Assembly: GCA_913040915.1 (NCBI GenBank)
Contig: CAJWHW010000009.1
Coordinates: 1-64,000, forward strand
Direction: 5' to 3'
DNA: 64,000 nucleotides
DNA from: an uncultured Fidelibacterota bacterium
GTDB lineage: Bacteria > Fidelibacterota > Marinisomatia > Marinisomatales > UBA1611
In this document: one piece after another, positions 40,676-50,425 of the stretch
Numbering within the stretch: position 1 is the first letter of the stretch
Layout of the letters: each line of letters starts with the position of its first letter
The notes under the pieces: model-generated
The model's database searches: none
What the model was told of the DNA's origin: nothing
Seen by the model: the letters and a program-made list of their open reading frames with translations, nothing else
Position numbers and translations under genes: made by a program

Positions 40676-41101
40676 ATGGGTAAAAAAACATTTGCAATTA
40701 TTAAGCCGGATGCAATAAAGAATGGATATACAGGTAAAATCTATGCCAGAATAATTGATGCCGGGTTTAATATTTTATCTGCAAAATTATTAAAAATGAC
40801 TAAAGAACAAGCTAAAGGATTTTACGCAGTCCATAAGGAGCGTCCTTTTTATGGTGAGCTCACACAATTTATGTCGTCCGGTGCTTGTATGGTTTTGGTA
40901 TTGGAAAAAGAAAATGCTGTCAACGCTTGGCGTGAAACGATTGGTGCAACCAACCCGGAAGAAGCTGCTGATGGTACCATTCGTAAAGATTTTGCTAATA
41001 ACGTACAGGATAATGCTGTACATGGTTCCGATAGTGATGAAAATGCTGAAAAAGAAATTGCCTTTTTCTTCTCACAGAGTGAACTTATAAGTAATCAATA
41101 A
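40676..41101 (+). CDS. ndk: Nucleoside diphosphate kinase
   Basis: IIKPDA, GATNP and NAVHGSDS motifs. Confidence 0.97.
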   Translation: MGKKTFAIIKPDAIKNGYTGKIYARIIDAGFNILSAKLLKMTKEQAKGFYAVHKERPFYGELTQFMSSGACMVLVLEKENAVNAWRETIGATNPEEAADGTIRKDFANNVQDNAVHGSDSDENAEKEIAFFFSQSELISNQ

Positions 41102-41108
41102 TTCTCTT

Positions 41109-41969
41109 ATGCAGAAAATCCTGTCTATACCTATACTTATTCTTATCGTTTCCTGTGGCGGAAGCGGAATGGAAGGCTATGTTGGCGAGTCCATCACTAT
41201 TTCAGCTGAAAACCCTGAGGAAGGGGTTGATGTTGATTATACCTGGGTTTTAGCCAGTCAGCCTGATGGTTCTTTAATGAATTCCAAGGATTTGTTTGCC
41301 TCAGACATTGGGAATAAGATGACATTTATTCCTGATTATCCGGGAGATTATTCGATACAGGTAAGTATTTCGCAATACGGAGATGAAATTTCCAACCAAT
41401 CATTTTCATTTACCATTTTAGATCCAGAAAATAAAGAATCAACAGAGGAAACGCTCGATGAAAACTCTGAAGAAGAATGGCTCAATGAAGATCTGGAAGA
41501 GGAAATCGAAATTGCTTATGAAGAAGATGGAAAAGATTCTGAAAATGAGAAAGGATCAGATGAAGAAATTGAAGTAGAAATTGATGAATATATAGCTGAA
41601 GAAGAAAATTACGATGATGTTGCAGAGGAAGAAAATGAAGCACCAGTAATAAAAGTCACTGTACCTACAGCTATAAAAGCAACAACAAATAAATCTTTAA
41701 AAGGTACTTCCATTGTAGCAAAGACTGATCGGTTTACCATCCAAATTACATCCAAGCGAATCTTAAAGGATGCTCAACTTTTTTCGCAAAAAATGATAAA
41801 TAAAGGCTATGATGCATATATTCAAAAAGTTGTTTTTAATATGGATGAAATCTGGTACCGAGTTCGAGTAGGGAGTTATGATAATTATCAATCAGCCAAG
41901 GAAGCTGCTGATAATCTCTCCGGAGAAATAGGCATGGCTACTTGGGTGGATTTTGTAAGAAAAGAATAA
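41109..41969 (+). CDS. Lipoprotein with Ig/PKD-like N-domain, acidic linker and C-terminal SPOR domain
   Basis: Lipobox ILIVSC; YTWVLASQP..FIPDYPGDYSIQV; E/D-rich linker; SPOR-like FTIQI..KGYDAYI..WYRVRVGSY. Confidence 0.75.
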   Translation: MQKILSIPILILIVSCGGSGMEGYVGESITISAENPEEGVDVDYTWVLASQPDGSLMNSKDLFASDIGNKMTFIPDYPGDYSIQVSISQYGDEISNQSFSFTILDPENKESTEETLDENSEEEWLNEDLEEEIEIAYEEDGKDSENEKGSDEEIEVEIDEYIAEEENYDDVAEEENEAPVIKVTVPTAIKATTNKSLKGTSIVAKTDRFTIQITSKRILKDAQLFSQKMINKGYDAYIQKVVFNMDEIWYRVRVGSYDNYQSAKEAADNLSGEIGMATWVDFVRKE

Positions 41970-41990
41970 TAATTATTTAGGAGATAAACT

Positions 41991-43229
41991 ATGGGCCCTA
42001 TGGATTTTTATTTTGATGTTAGAGATATTTTTCGTGCTCCACGCCTTGCACTAAGTGGTAAGAAAATTTGGATTTTTGTTATTGGTAACTTGGCTGGATA
42101 TATCCTTTATTGGGTTTTCTCTTATTTGTCCCTAATAATGACGGGCATGACTTTCGCGGACGCCATTAGCCAGTACGGACTATATCCTTGCCTTTTTGGA
42201 AATAAAGCAGAATGGTATGCTTGGGTAACCTATTTTATTGGATTAGAAGCTTGGTTCTTGGCGATCTTTATGGCTTATACTTCTGTAAGTCGTGTTACAT
42301 TCAAACAGTTAAAAGGTAATGATTTCTTTTCTGCTGGAGATGCCTGGCAATATACCAATAAACATTGGCATCCTATCGTTTTTGCACCAATTGCAATTTT
42401 GTTAATTATTGCTTTTTTTCTAGGCTTTGCCAGTATATTTTCGCTAATAGGAAAAATTCCCTTTGTAGGTGAATTTCTTTTTGCCGTACCCTACTTTTTT
42501 TATTTCTTTGGATCGGTCTTTACAGTTTATACAGCGATTGTATTCATCGTTTCACTTCTTTATACACCAGCTATTGTTGGGACTTATGAAGAGGATACCA
42601 TGGGAACAGTTTTTCAATCCTATTCCATTACTTGGTCTCAGCCTTGGCGTGTGATAGCTTATAACGCTGTACTTATTCCACTGGTAGTAATTGGTCTTTA
42701 TTTATTGAGTTTGTCCTGGAGTGCTGGTTTTTGGCTTGTAAATTATGTTTTTGGCTGTGACTGGTTTATGGGTATGGGTACAAAATTCGGTGCAATGGTA
42801 AATTATGCTAAATCTTTAGTTTTTATGGATTGGATGTGTTCATTATTGGCTAGTTTCTGCTGTAATGTATCATCTTTTCTTAACCAGTGCTTAACTACCT
42901 ATTTTTTCTCTTTTGATCTATCTCTTCCTACTACTACCGTTCCACTTTCCGGTACTGAAAGCGTTGCCAGCGTATTTCTTGCAATTAGCTTTTTTATCCT
43001 TTTATTATCTGTCCTTTCTTATGCCTTATCCATTATCGCTGTTGGCGAAACTATTATGTTCATTATTTTTAAAAAGAAATCTGATGATGACAACTTGTTA
43101 GATCGGAAGGATGAGGATGAGCTAGAGGAAGATATGGAAGATGATTTCGATTTTGATGAAGATGAATTAGAAAATACGGATTCTGATGATATATCTAGCG
43201 ATGATACTTCTTCTAAAGAAGAAGCTTAA
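41991..43229 (+). CDS. Hypothetical multi-pass membrane protein with acidic tail
   Basis: 412-aa ORF with an AGGAG RBS, many TM helices and a D/E-rich C-terminus. Confidence 0.75.
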   Translation: MGPMDFYFDVRDIFRAPRLALSGKKIWIFVIGNLAGYILYWVFSYLSLIMTGMTFADAISQYGLYPCLFGNKAEWYAWVTYFIGLEAWFLAIFMAYTSVSRVTFKQLKGNDFFSAGDAWQYTNKHWHPIVFAPIAILLIIAFFLGFASIFSLIGKIPFVGEFLFAVPYFFYFFGSVFTVYTAIVFIVSLLYTPAIVGTYEEDTMGTVFQSYSITWSQPWRVIAYNAVLIPLVVIGLYLLSLSWSAGFWLVNYVFGCDWFMGMGTKFGAMVNYAKSLVFMDWMCSLLASFCCNVSSFLNQCLTTYFFSFDLSLPTTTVPLSGTESVASVFLAISFFILLLSVLSYALSIIAVGETIMFIIFKKKSDDDNLLDRKDEDELEEDMEDDFDFDEDELENTDSDDISSDDTSSKEEA

Positions 43230-43274
43230 AGAATTCGATAATAAGATTGGAAAAACATAGTCTGCCATGTAATC

Positions 43275-43303
43275 TTGGATAAACTCAAGGATATCGGTAA
43301 TTT
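43275..43303 (+). promoter_or_regulatory. Candidate promoter for the yceD-rpmF-fab operon (TTGGAT-17-TAATTT)
   Basis: TTGGAT at 43275-43280, 17-nt spacer, TAATTT at 43298-43303. Confidence 0.5.
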
Positions 43304-43315
43304 TATTAGCTTAAA

Positions 43316-43819
43316 ATGATCTTATTAAGATCGGAATTAGATTCCGAGTTTAAAAACAAGCTTTTTGACATTTCCGCAGAGGATTTACCCATGCGTGGAA
43401 TAAAATATTCTGATGACAGTATTTGCTGCATATTGTCAGCAACTACTGTTCAATTCGGATTTGAAGTTTCAGGCAATATTAAAGTAAAACCAATCTATGA
43501 GTGTGTTCGTTGTCTTGATAGAAATACGGTAATAATTAACCTAAAGATTAAGGTATTGCTTAAAAATAAAGAAAATATTCCCTTTAATAAACAGGACGTT
43601 ATTCATTTTCCAGAGAATCAAGAGAAGATCGATATGAGTGAAACAATCGCTGATATAATTAGTCTTGCTGAGCCAATGAAACCTATTTGTTCTGTAAATT
43701 GCCTTGGTCTTTGTCCCTACTGTGGAAAGAATTTGAATCAATCATCCTGTGACTGTAAACCAGAAAAGGATACCAGTCCTTGGGATGTTTTAAATAAAAT
43801 TAAATCAGAAAAGAATTGA
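43316..43819 (+). CDS. yceD: YceD/DUF177 family protein
   Basis: ECVRCL, PMKPICSVNCLGLCPYCG and SPWDVL motifs; upstream of rpmF. Confidence 0.88.
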   Translation: MILLRSELDSEFKNKLFDISAEDLPMRGIKYSDDSICCILSATTVQFGFEVSGNIKVKPIYECVRCLDRNTVIINLKIKVLLKNKENIPFNKQDVIHFPENQEKIDMSETIADIISLAEPMKPICSVNCLGLCPYCGKNLNQSSCDCKPEKDTSPWDVLNKIKSEKN

Positions 43820-43828
43820 GGAGATTTC

Positions 43829-44005
43829 ATGGCACTGCCCAAGAAACGTCAATCAAAAGCCCGCGGACGAAAACGTCGTACCCATTATAAATCTGCTAGA
43901 GTGGCAATAACTAATTGTCCCCAATGCAGTCAAACTAAAATGCCGCATCGAGCGTGCCCCAATTGTGGTTACTATCGCGGTCGTCCGATTGTTTCAGCCA
44001 ATTAA
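43829..44005 (+). CDS. rpmF: 50S ribosomal protein L32 (zinc-binding form)
   Basis: Not in the ORF track (58 aa): MALPKKRQSKARGRKRRTHYKSARVAITNCPQCSQTKMPHRACPNCGYYRGRPIVSAN*. GAGGAG RBS upstream. Confidence 0.96.
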   Translation: MALPKKRQSKARGRKRRTHYKSARVAITNCPQCSQTKMPHRACPNCGYYRGRPIVSAN

Positions 44006-44020
44006 TAAATACCTCTTAAA

Positions 44021-45016
44021 ATGATTTTTGCCCTTGATGCCATGGGTGGTGACTTTGCCCCCCAAGCTATTGTACAGGGTGCATTGGATGCTGTAGATAA
44101 CTCATCAGAATCCTTGACACTAATTCTCCTTGGAGATGAAACTGCAATAAAACAAGAATTAGGGAGTGAGACTCCCTCTTCCATTAAGGTTATTCACACA
44201 GATGAAATTGTTACTATGGAGGACATAGGTTCTAAAGTATTGAAAACAAAGCCCAATTCGTCCTTGGTTCGAGGTATAAATATGGTAAAAGATGGTGAAG
44301 CAGACGGGTTCATCAGTGCAGGGCATACTGGCGCAATAATGTCCGCAAGTTTATTAACATTGGGAAGAATTCCCGGAGTTCGTAGACCTGCTTTGGCTGC
44401 ATATTTTCCAACAGAAGGACGAGGAAAGGTATTATGTGATGTAGGTGCAAATCCTGATGCAAAACCGGAACATTTGGTGCAATTCGCGTTGATGGCATCT
44501 CATTATTATCACCATGTAGAAGGATTTTCAAAACCGAAATTTGGGTTGGTAAACATAGGCAGTGAACCAAATAAAGGATCAGAACTTTACGTTGAAACAT
44601 ACAAATTACTATCAGACATGCCGAACTTCGTGGGCAATATCGAAGGTAGGAGTCTTCTCACTTCTAATGCAGATGTACTTATTTGTGATGGATTTGTAGG
44701 AAATACTTTATTGAAATTTGCTGAATCTTGGATCAACTTTTTCACAGATGAAATTCGAGATAAGATTGAAGAAAAAGTATCCTACAAATTAGGTGCAGGA
44801 CTTATGAAACCAGTTTTCGATACACTTAGATCCAAATATGATTATGAAGAGCATGGTGGCACGCCCCTTTTAGGTGTTAATGGTGTTTCTGTTGTTTGTC
44901 ATGGAAGCTCTAGTCATAAATCCATTATGAATTCAATTTTTGTAGCGCAAAAGTGTGTTAAAAATAGATTGATTGAAGATACTCAAAAAAGTTTAGCTAT
45001 ACATTTCGGAAATTGA
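44021..45016 (+). CDS. plsX: Phosphate acyltransferase
   Basis: ALDAMGGDFAP, DVGAN, GNIEG and DGFVGN motifs. Confidence 0.95.
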   Translation: MIFALDAMGGDFAPQAIVQGALDAVDNSSESLTLILLGDETAIKQELGSETPSSIKVIHTDEIVTMEDIGSKVLKTKPNSSLVRGINMVKDGEADGFISAGHTGAIMSASLLTLGRIPGVRRPALAAYFPTEGRGKVLCDVGANPDAKPEHLVQFALMASHYYHHVEGFSKPKFGLVNIGSEPNKGSELYVETYKLLSDMPNFVGNIEGRSLLTSNADVLICDGFVGNTLLKFAESWINFFTDEIRDKIEEKVSYKLGAGLMKPVFDTLRSKYDYEEHGGTPLLGVNGVSVVCHGSSSHKSIMNSIFVAQKCVKNRLIEDTQKSLAIHFGN

Positions 45017-45017
45017 A

Positions 45018-46004
45018 TTGAACGCAAAAATCACAGCCACTGCTCACCATGTTCCTAAAAGAGTGATGACTAATTTTGAATTAGAAAAATTAGTTGATAC
45101 TTCTGATGAATGGATACGTACTCGGACTGGCATTACTCAAAGGCATATAGCTGCTAAAAATGAAGCATCTTCTGACTTGTCTAGTGAAGTTGCAGAACAA
45201 CTTTTAAAAAATCGCGGTATTGCTGCAGATGAGATTGATATTATTATTATAGCTACTGTCACTCCGGACCATTTTACTCCATCTACTGCAGCCATTGTCC
45301 AAAATAATATTGGTGCAAAAAATGCTTGGGGATTTGACTTAAGTGCTGCATGTACAGGATATTTATATGGACTAGAAACGGGAAGTAAATTTATTTCATC
45401 TGGAAAATATGATAAAGTGATGGTAATTGGTGTCGATACTATGTCATCTATATTGGATTTTGATGATCGAAATACCTGTGTTCTTTTTGGTGATGGCGCA
45501 GGTGGTGCAATACTTGAGCCTTCAACATCCAATTTAGGAATTATCGATTCCATGCTTCATATGGATGGTTCCGGTGGCGGATATTTACATGTACCTGGCG
45601 GAGGAAGCAGAATACCAGCGACAATTGAATCAGTGGAAGCAAAAAAGCATTATATTATTCAAGATGGAAAAAAAGTTTTTAAATTTGCAGTAAAAGGTAT
45701 GGCAGATGTATCAGAAAAAATCCTTGATCAGAATAATATGACTGGCGACGATATTAATCTTTTTATACCACATCAAGCCAATAAAAGAATTATTGATGCT
45801 GCTTCTGAAAGATGTAATATCTCTAAAGAGAAGGTATTAGTTAATATTGACCGTTTTGGAAATACAACAGCCGGGACAATTCCTATCGGAATGAATGAAG
45901 CTGTAAATAATGGTAGGATTCAAGATGGCGATATTATATTGTTGGCAGCATTCGGCGCAGGATTTACTTGGGGATCCATGCTACTTAAGTGGGAATCAAA
46001 TTAA
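45018..46004 (+). CDS. fabH: Beta-ketoacyl-ACP synthase III
   Basis: TSDEWIRTRTGI, AACTG, PHQAN, GNT and FGAGFTWG motifs. Confidence 0.96.
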   Translation: MNAKITATAHHVPKRVMTNFELEKLVDTSDEWIRTRTGITQRHIAAKNEASSDLSSEVAEQLLKNRGIAADEIDIIIIATVTPDHFTPSTAAIVQNNIGAKNAWGFDLSAACTGYLYGLETGSKFISSGKYDKVMVIGVDTMSSILDFDDRNTCVLFGDGAGGAILEPSTSNLGIIDSMLHMDGSGGGYLHVPGGGSRIPATIESVEAKKHYIIQDGKKVFKFAVKGMADVSEKILDQNNMTGDDINLFIPHQANKRIIDAASERCNISKEKVLVNIDRFGNTTAGTIPIGMNEAVNNGRIQDGDIILLAAFGAGFTWGSMLLKWESN

Positions 46005-46924
46005 TGAAAACAGCTTGGCTATTCCCTGGACAAGCATCTCAAAAAGTTGGTATGGGGATAGATCTTTTTGAAAATACTAAAATAGGAAAATCCTATTTTG
46101 ATAAAGCAAATGAGATACTGGGATACGATATTAAATCGATGATTTTCGATGGGCCGGAAGAAAAATTAAAACAAACTCAATTTACTCAACCCTCCATTTA
46201 TATTGTTTCAGTTATTCTGGGTGAATTAATGAAAAATAATGGATTTGAACCAAGTGTGGTTGCAGGTCATAGCCTTGGAGAGTATTCTGCCCTTGCAGTT
46301 TCTAACGCATTTAACTATGAAACGGGTCTGTCCCTTGTAAAAGTTCGAGCAGAGAATATGGCAAAAGCCGGTTTGAAACAAAAGGGGTCTATGGCAGCTA
46401 TCGTTGGTTTAGATGATAAAATTATAGAGAAAATTTGCAATGATTATAATGGTGAAGGTGTAGTTGTAGTAGCCAATTATAATTCACCAGAGCAAGTAGT
46501 TATTTCTGGCTCACCTGCAGCTGTTCAAAATGTTATGGATTCAGCAAAAGTCATAGGGGCGAGGATGGCTATTGAGCTTAACGTAAGCGGAGCATTCCAT
46601 TCTCCGCTTATGTCACCGGCACGTCAAGCTCTTGCCGAAATGCTTAATTCACTCGAAATTTCGGATGCTTCATATCCTATTTATTCAAATATTGATGCAA
46701 AACCAGTTATAAAAGGAATTGATATTAAGAATTCACTTATACGACAATTGGAAAATCCAGTCCTATGGACCCGTTCAATTTTTTCCATGAAAGAATCAGG
46801 AATAGAATCATTTCTAGAGGTAGGTCCTGGGAAAGTCTTACAAGGATTAAATAAACGTATAGATAGCACTATTCCCATTCAAGGCATTGAAACATTAGAC
46901 CAGTTAAATAATTATCATGTTTAG
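46004..46924 (+). CDS. fabD: Malonyl-CoA:ACP transacylase
   Basis: FPGQASQ, GHSLGEY and SGAFHS motifs. Start moved to ATG 46004. Confidence 0.95.
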   Translation: MKTAWLFPGQASQKVGMGIDLFENTKIGKSYFDKANEILGYDIKSMIFDGPEEKLKQTQFTQPSIYIVSVILGELMKNNGFEPSVVAGHSLGEYSALAVSNAFNYETGLSLVKVRAENMAKAGLKQKGSMAAIVGLDDKIIEKICNDYNGEGVVVVANYNSPEQVVISGSPAAVQNVMDSAKVIGARMAIELNVSGAFHSPLMSPARQALAEMLNSLEISDASYPIYSNIDAKPVIKGIDIKNSLIRQLENPVLWTRSIFSMKESGIESFLEVGPGKVLQGLNKRIDSTIPIQGIETLDQLNNYHV

Positions 46925-47663
46925 TTTATCAAATAAAGTTGCGATAGTGACTGGCGCTTCTCGTGGAATTGGAAAAGTAATAGCTGAAATATTTTCACTT
47001 GCAGGTGCTCATGTTATTTGCTTAGCTCGAACGGAAGATGCAATACAATCACTTGCAAAGAATATTAATTTGAATGGTGGATCCGCTTCTTTTTCCACTT
47101 GTGATATCAGTGATGGCAACGCTTTTTCAAGTATAATTAATAATACTGTAAAAGAATATGGTAAACTTGATATTCTGATCAATAATGCAGGTGTGACACA
47201 CGATAGCTTACTTATGAGAATGAAAGAAGGTCAATGGGATAGTGTCTTAAATATTAATTTAAAGGGCGCTTTCCATGGGATGAAATCTGCAATACGACCT
47301 ATGATGAAAAATAGAGGCGGAAGAATAATAAATATCACTTCAATCGTCGGGCTAACGGGTAATGCGGGTCAAGCCAATTACGCTGCATCTAAAGCAGGTC
47401 TTATTGGGATGAGCCAATCTGTTGCAAAGGAAGTTGCTTCACGGGGCATCACGGTAAATTGTATTGCACCAGGGTGGATTGAAACAGATATGACGGAAGA
47501 ATTATCAGAAAATGTCAAAAAAGAATTTTTAAACAAGATTCCTATCAGGAAGATTGGATTACCGCAAGATATCGCCTATACAGCTCTATTTCTTGCATCT
47601 GACGAAGCTAAGTATATCACTGGCCAAACCATCACAGTCGATGGTGGACGCATCATCAATTAA
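46917..47663 (+). CDS. fabG: 3-oxoacyl-ACP reductase
   Basis: [12 protein letters not shown] and YAASK motifs. Confidence 0.95.
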   Translation: MFSLSNKVAIVTGASRGIGKVIAEIFSLAGAHVICLARTEDAIQSLAKNINLNGGSASFSTCDISDGNAFSSIINNTVKEYGKLDILINNAGVTHDSLLMRMKEGQWDSVLNINLKGAFHGMKSAIRPMMKNRGGRIINITSIVGLTGNAGQANYAASKAGLIGMSQSVAKEVASRGITVNCIAPGWIETDMTEELSENVKKEFLNKIPIRKIGLPQDIAYTALFLASDEAKYITGQTITVDGGRIIN

Positions 47664-47676
47664 ACAAGGAGATAAT

Positions 47677-47907
47677 ATGTCTACATTTGAGAAAGTAAAA
47701 GAAATCATAATTGATAAACTGGGTGTTGAAGAAGATTCAATCAAGTCTGAAGCCCATTTTGTAAATGACCTTGGTGCTGATTCATTAGATACCGTTGAAC
47801 TTATAATGGAATTAGAAGAAGAGTTTAGCATTGAAATTCCTGATGAAGATGCGGAAAATATTACAACAGTGAGTGCTGCTGTTGAATATATTGAAAAATT
47901 ACAATAA
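47677..47907 (+). CDS. acpP: Acyl carrier protein
   Basis: [12 protein letters not shown] motif. Start at ATG 47677, after an AAGGAG RBS. Confidence 0.97.
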   Translation: MSTFEKVKEIIIDKLGVEEDSIKSEAHFVNDLGADSLDTVELIMELEEEFSIEIPDEDAENITTVSAAVEYIEKLQ

Positions 47908-47919
47908 TTAAATAATAAA

Positions 47920-49161
47920 ATGACCCGAGAAAAAATTGTCATTACTGGTATCGGCTCTTTAGCTCCCAACGGAAATAATGTGGATGAATTTTGGGATGCT
48001 TGTACCGCTGGCAAAAGCGGTATTGGCCCAATTACTTATTTTGATACATCTGAACAAAGGGTCAGTATAGCTGGTGAGTTATCAAATTTCCAACCTGATA
48101 CTGTTTTGGATCAAAAAGAAATCAGAAAACTCGATCCCTTCTCGATATATGCAATTGTAGCTACTGATGAAGCTATCAATATGGCAAATCTTGACTCTCA
48201 ATCAATAAACTTGGACCGGGTTGGGGTTTCGGTTGGTACAGGCGTTGGTGGTATTCAAACTCTTGAAGAACAACATACAATAATCATAAATAAAAGTGCG
48301 CGTCGTGTCTCTCCTCTTTTTGTACCAAAGATGATCGCAAATATTGCTGGTGGTCACCTTTCCATACGCTGGGGATTCCGCGGACCAAATCAAACTGTTG
48401 TTTCTGCATGCGCCTCAGGTACGGACGCTATTGGTATTGCCATGAGGTTGATTCTTGCTGGAGATGCAGATGTAATGATCTGTGGTGGTATAGAAGCAAG
48501 TGTAACACCATTAACAATAGCAGGATTTGCAAATATGAGAGCTTTATCCCAATCCTGTAAGGAGCCGACCAAAGCCAGTAGACCTTTTGACCTCGGACGA
48601 GATGGTTTTGTTTTAGGTGAAGGTGCAGGAATGATGGTCATTGAAACTGAAAGCCATGCGAAAAAAAGAGGAGCTAAAATATTAGCTGAATTGGCAGGTT
48701 ATGGTGCAACGGATGATGCCTTTCATATTACTCAACCTTCTGCGGGCGGAAAAGGTGCGCTAAAAGCTATGGAACGTGCAATCCAAGATGCAGGACTGGA
48801 AGCATCAGATATTGATTATATCAATGCCCACGGTACATCAACCCCATTTAATGATCGAAATGAATCTGCGGCCATACAAGCATTGTTTAAAGATCATTGT
48901 TCAAAATTAAAAATAAGTTCAACCAAATCAATGACAGGACATCTTTTGGGAGCAGCCGGAGGAATTGAAGCTGTAGTAGCAGTAAAAGTAGTACTGGAGC
49001 AAACTCTTCCTCCTACAATCAATTATGAGACTCCAGACCCGGAATGCACACTGGACTACGTTCCCAATACTGCCCAATCTCATAAAGTTAATTCTGTTTT
49101 ATCCAATACATTTGGATTTGGTGGACATAATGCTGTAATCTGTATTCGGAAATACGATTGA
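47920..49161 (+). CDS. fabF: Beta-ketoacyl-ACP synthase II
   Basis: SACASG, NAHGTST, GHLLGAAG and FGFGGHN motifs. Confidence 0.96.
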   Translation: MTREKIVITGIGSLAPNGNNVDEFWDACTAGKSGIGPITYFDTSEQRVSIAGELSNFQPDTVLDQKEIRKLDPFSIYAIVATDEAINMANLDSQSINLDRVGVSVGTGVGGIQTLEEQHTIIINKSARRVSPLFVPKMIANIAGGHLSIRWGFRGPNQTVVSACASGTDAIGIAMRLILAGDADVMICGGIEASVTPLTIAGFANMRALSQSCKEPTKASRPFDLGRDGFVLGEGAGMMVIETESHAKKRGAKILAELAGYGATDDAFHITQPSAGGKGALKAMERAIQDAGLEASDIDYINAHGTSTPFNDRNESAAIQALFKDHCSKLKISSTKSMTGHLLGAAGGIEAVVAVKVVLEQTLPPTINYETPDPECTLDYVPNTAQSHKVNSVLSNTFGFGGHNAVICIRKYD

Positions 49162-49883
49162 GTTTAATTTCTAGGATCAAACAAATATTAAACTTAAGAC
49201 TGGCTAGCTACGAGTCAGTATCACCTATAGAAAAAAAAGTTAATTATATATTCCACAATAAAGAATATCTTTCCCAGGCCTTGACTCATAAATCCTTGGA
49301 TGCCAGTCCTAGAAAAAATTATGAAAGACTGGAGTTTTTAGGAGATGCTGTACTGGATATTATAGTAAGCAGGGAACTCATACGAGAATTCCCTGAGGGT
49401 GACGAAGGGTTATTAACGCAACGAAGGGCTTCGTTGGTTCAAAAACCCTTCCTTGCTCAAATTGGTCAATTATTAGGTTTAATTGATTATCTAAATATTG
49501 AAAAAAGTGTAAACTTGAAAATTGATAAAATTGCAGAAAAACAGATGGCGAACGTATTTGAAGCACTGGTAGGTGCCATGTACTTAGATGGTGGTATAAA
49601 ACCATGCCGAAAATTTATACTAGGTACAATTTGGACCCATAAGGAAGAAGCCTGGAAATCAACTAATTTTAAAGGAAAACTAATTGAATTTTGCCATTCA
49701 AAAGAAATTGAAAATCCTGTTTTTCTGATTAAGGATATATCGGGACCCGATCATTCAAAGACCTTTGAAGTACAAGTGAAGATAGGACCGCGTACTTTTA
49801 CTTCCGGGTTAGGTACCAATAAAAAAACCGCAGAACAAATTGCGGCCCAAATGGCATTAGAAGAATTGGGAGCAGTCCTTTAG
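49158..49883 (+). CDS. rnc: Ribonuclease III
   Basis: YERLEFLGDAVL signature and a C-terminal dsRBD. Confidence 0.95.
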   Translation: MSLISRIKQILNLRLASYESVSPIEKKVNYIFHNKEYLSQALTHKSLDASPRKNYERLEFLGDAVLDIIVSRELIREFPEGDEGLLTQRRASLVQKPFLAQIGQLLGLIDYLNIEKSVNLKIDKIAEKQMANVFEALVGAMYLDGGIKPCRKFILGTIWTHKEEAWKSTNFKGKLIEFCHSKEIENPVFLIKDISGPDHSKTFEVQVKIGPRTFTSGLGTNKKTAEQIAAQMALEELGAVL

Positions 49884-50425
49884 GATTCTAATTCGATAAT
49901 TCGGTCACGGAGTTTTGCAGCAGTTTCATATTCTTCATCATCAACTGCTTTTTTCAATTTTTCCTTTAAAGCTTTCAAAGATAAATCCGATTCCTTTTTA
50001 TTCTGATTACTCTCATTTAATACAGACTCTAAAATACCAGCCTCTTTGATAACTTCAGCGGCGACCAGGATAGGCGCGTTCATCCTTATAGCTACTGCAA
50101 TAGCATCACTAGGACGAGCGTCAATGACTCTTTTTCCAAAATCATCTGACTCCAATTCCATGTGCGCAAAAAATACACCATCTTTTAACTGATTAACTCT
50201 TACAGTTTTAAGTGTTCCTTCTATTCCCGTTATAACATCACAAATGAGGTCATGAGTTAAAGGACGAGGTGTGTTAACAACTTCAATTGCCAGCGCAATA
50301 GATTGTGCCTCGAATGTACCAACAATGACAGGTAGACATCTTTCGCCGGAAATTTCTTTCAAAATAACAGCATAACTGCGACTTGGCGGGTGATATGAAA
50401 TTTTTAGAACTTTAACCGGGATCAT
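49880..50425 (-). CDS. Bifunctional nuclease (DUF151) family protein with UVR domain
   Basis: LPVIVGTFEAQSIA, RPLTHDL and DARPSDAIA motifs; C-terminal EEYETAAKLRD. Confidence 0.9.
   Translation of the reverse strand: MIPVKVLKISYHPPSRSYAVILKEISGERCLPVIVGTFEAQSIALAIEVVNTPRPLTHDLICDVITGIEGTLKTVRVNQLKDGVFFAHMELESDDFGKRVIDARPSDAIAVAIRMNAPILVAAEVIKEAGILESVLNESNQNKKESDLSLKALKEKLKKAVDDEEYETAAKLRDRIIELES

Noticed and set aside
41440..41640. GAAGAA-rich repetitive DNA (also 43100-43225)
   Set aside because: It is explained by Glu/Asp-rich coding sequence and has no fixed repeat unit or spacers.
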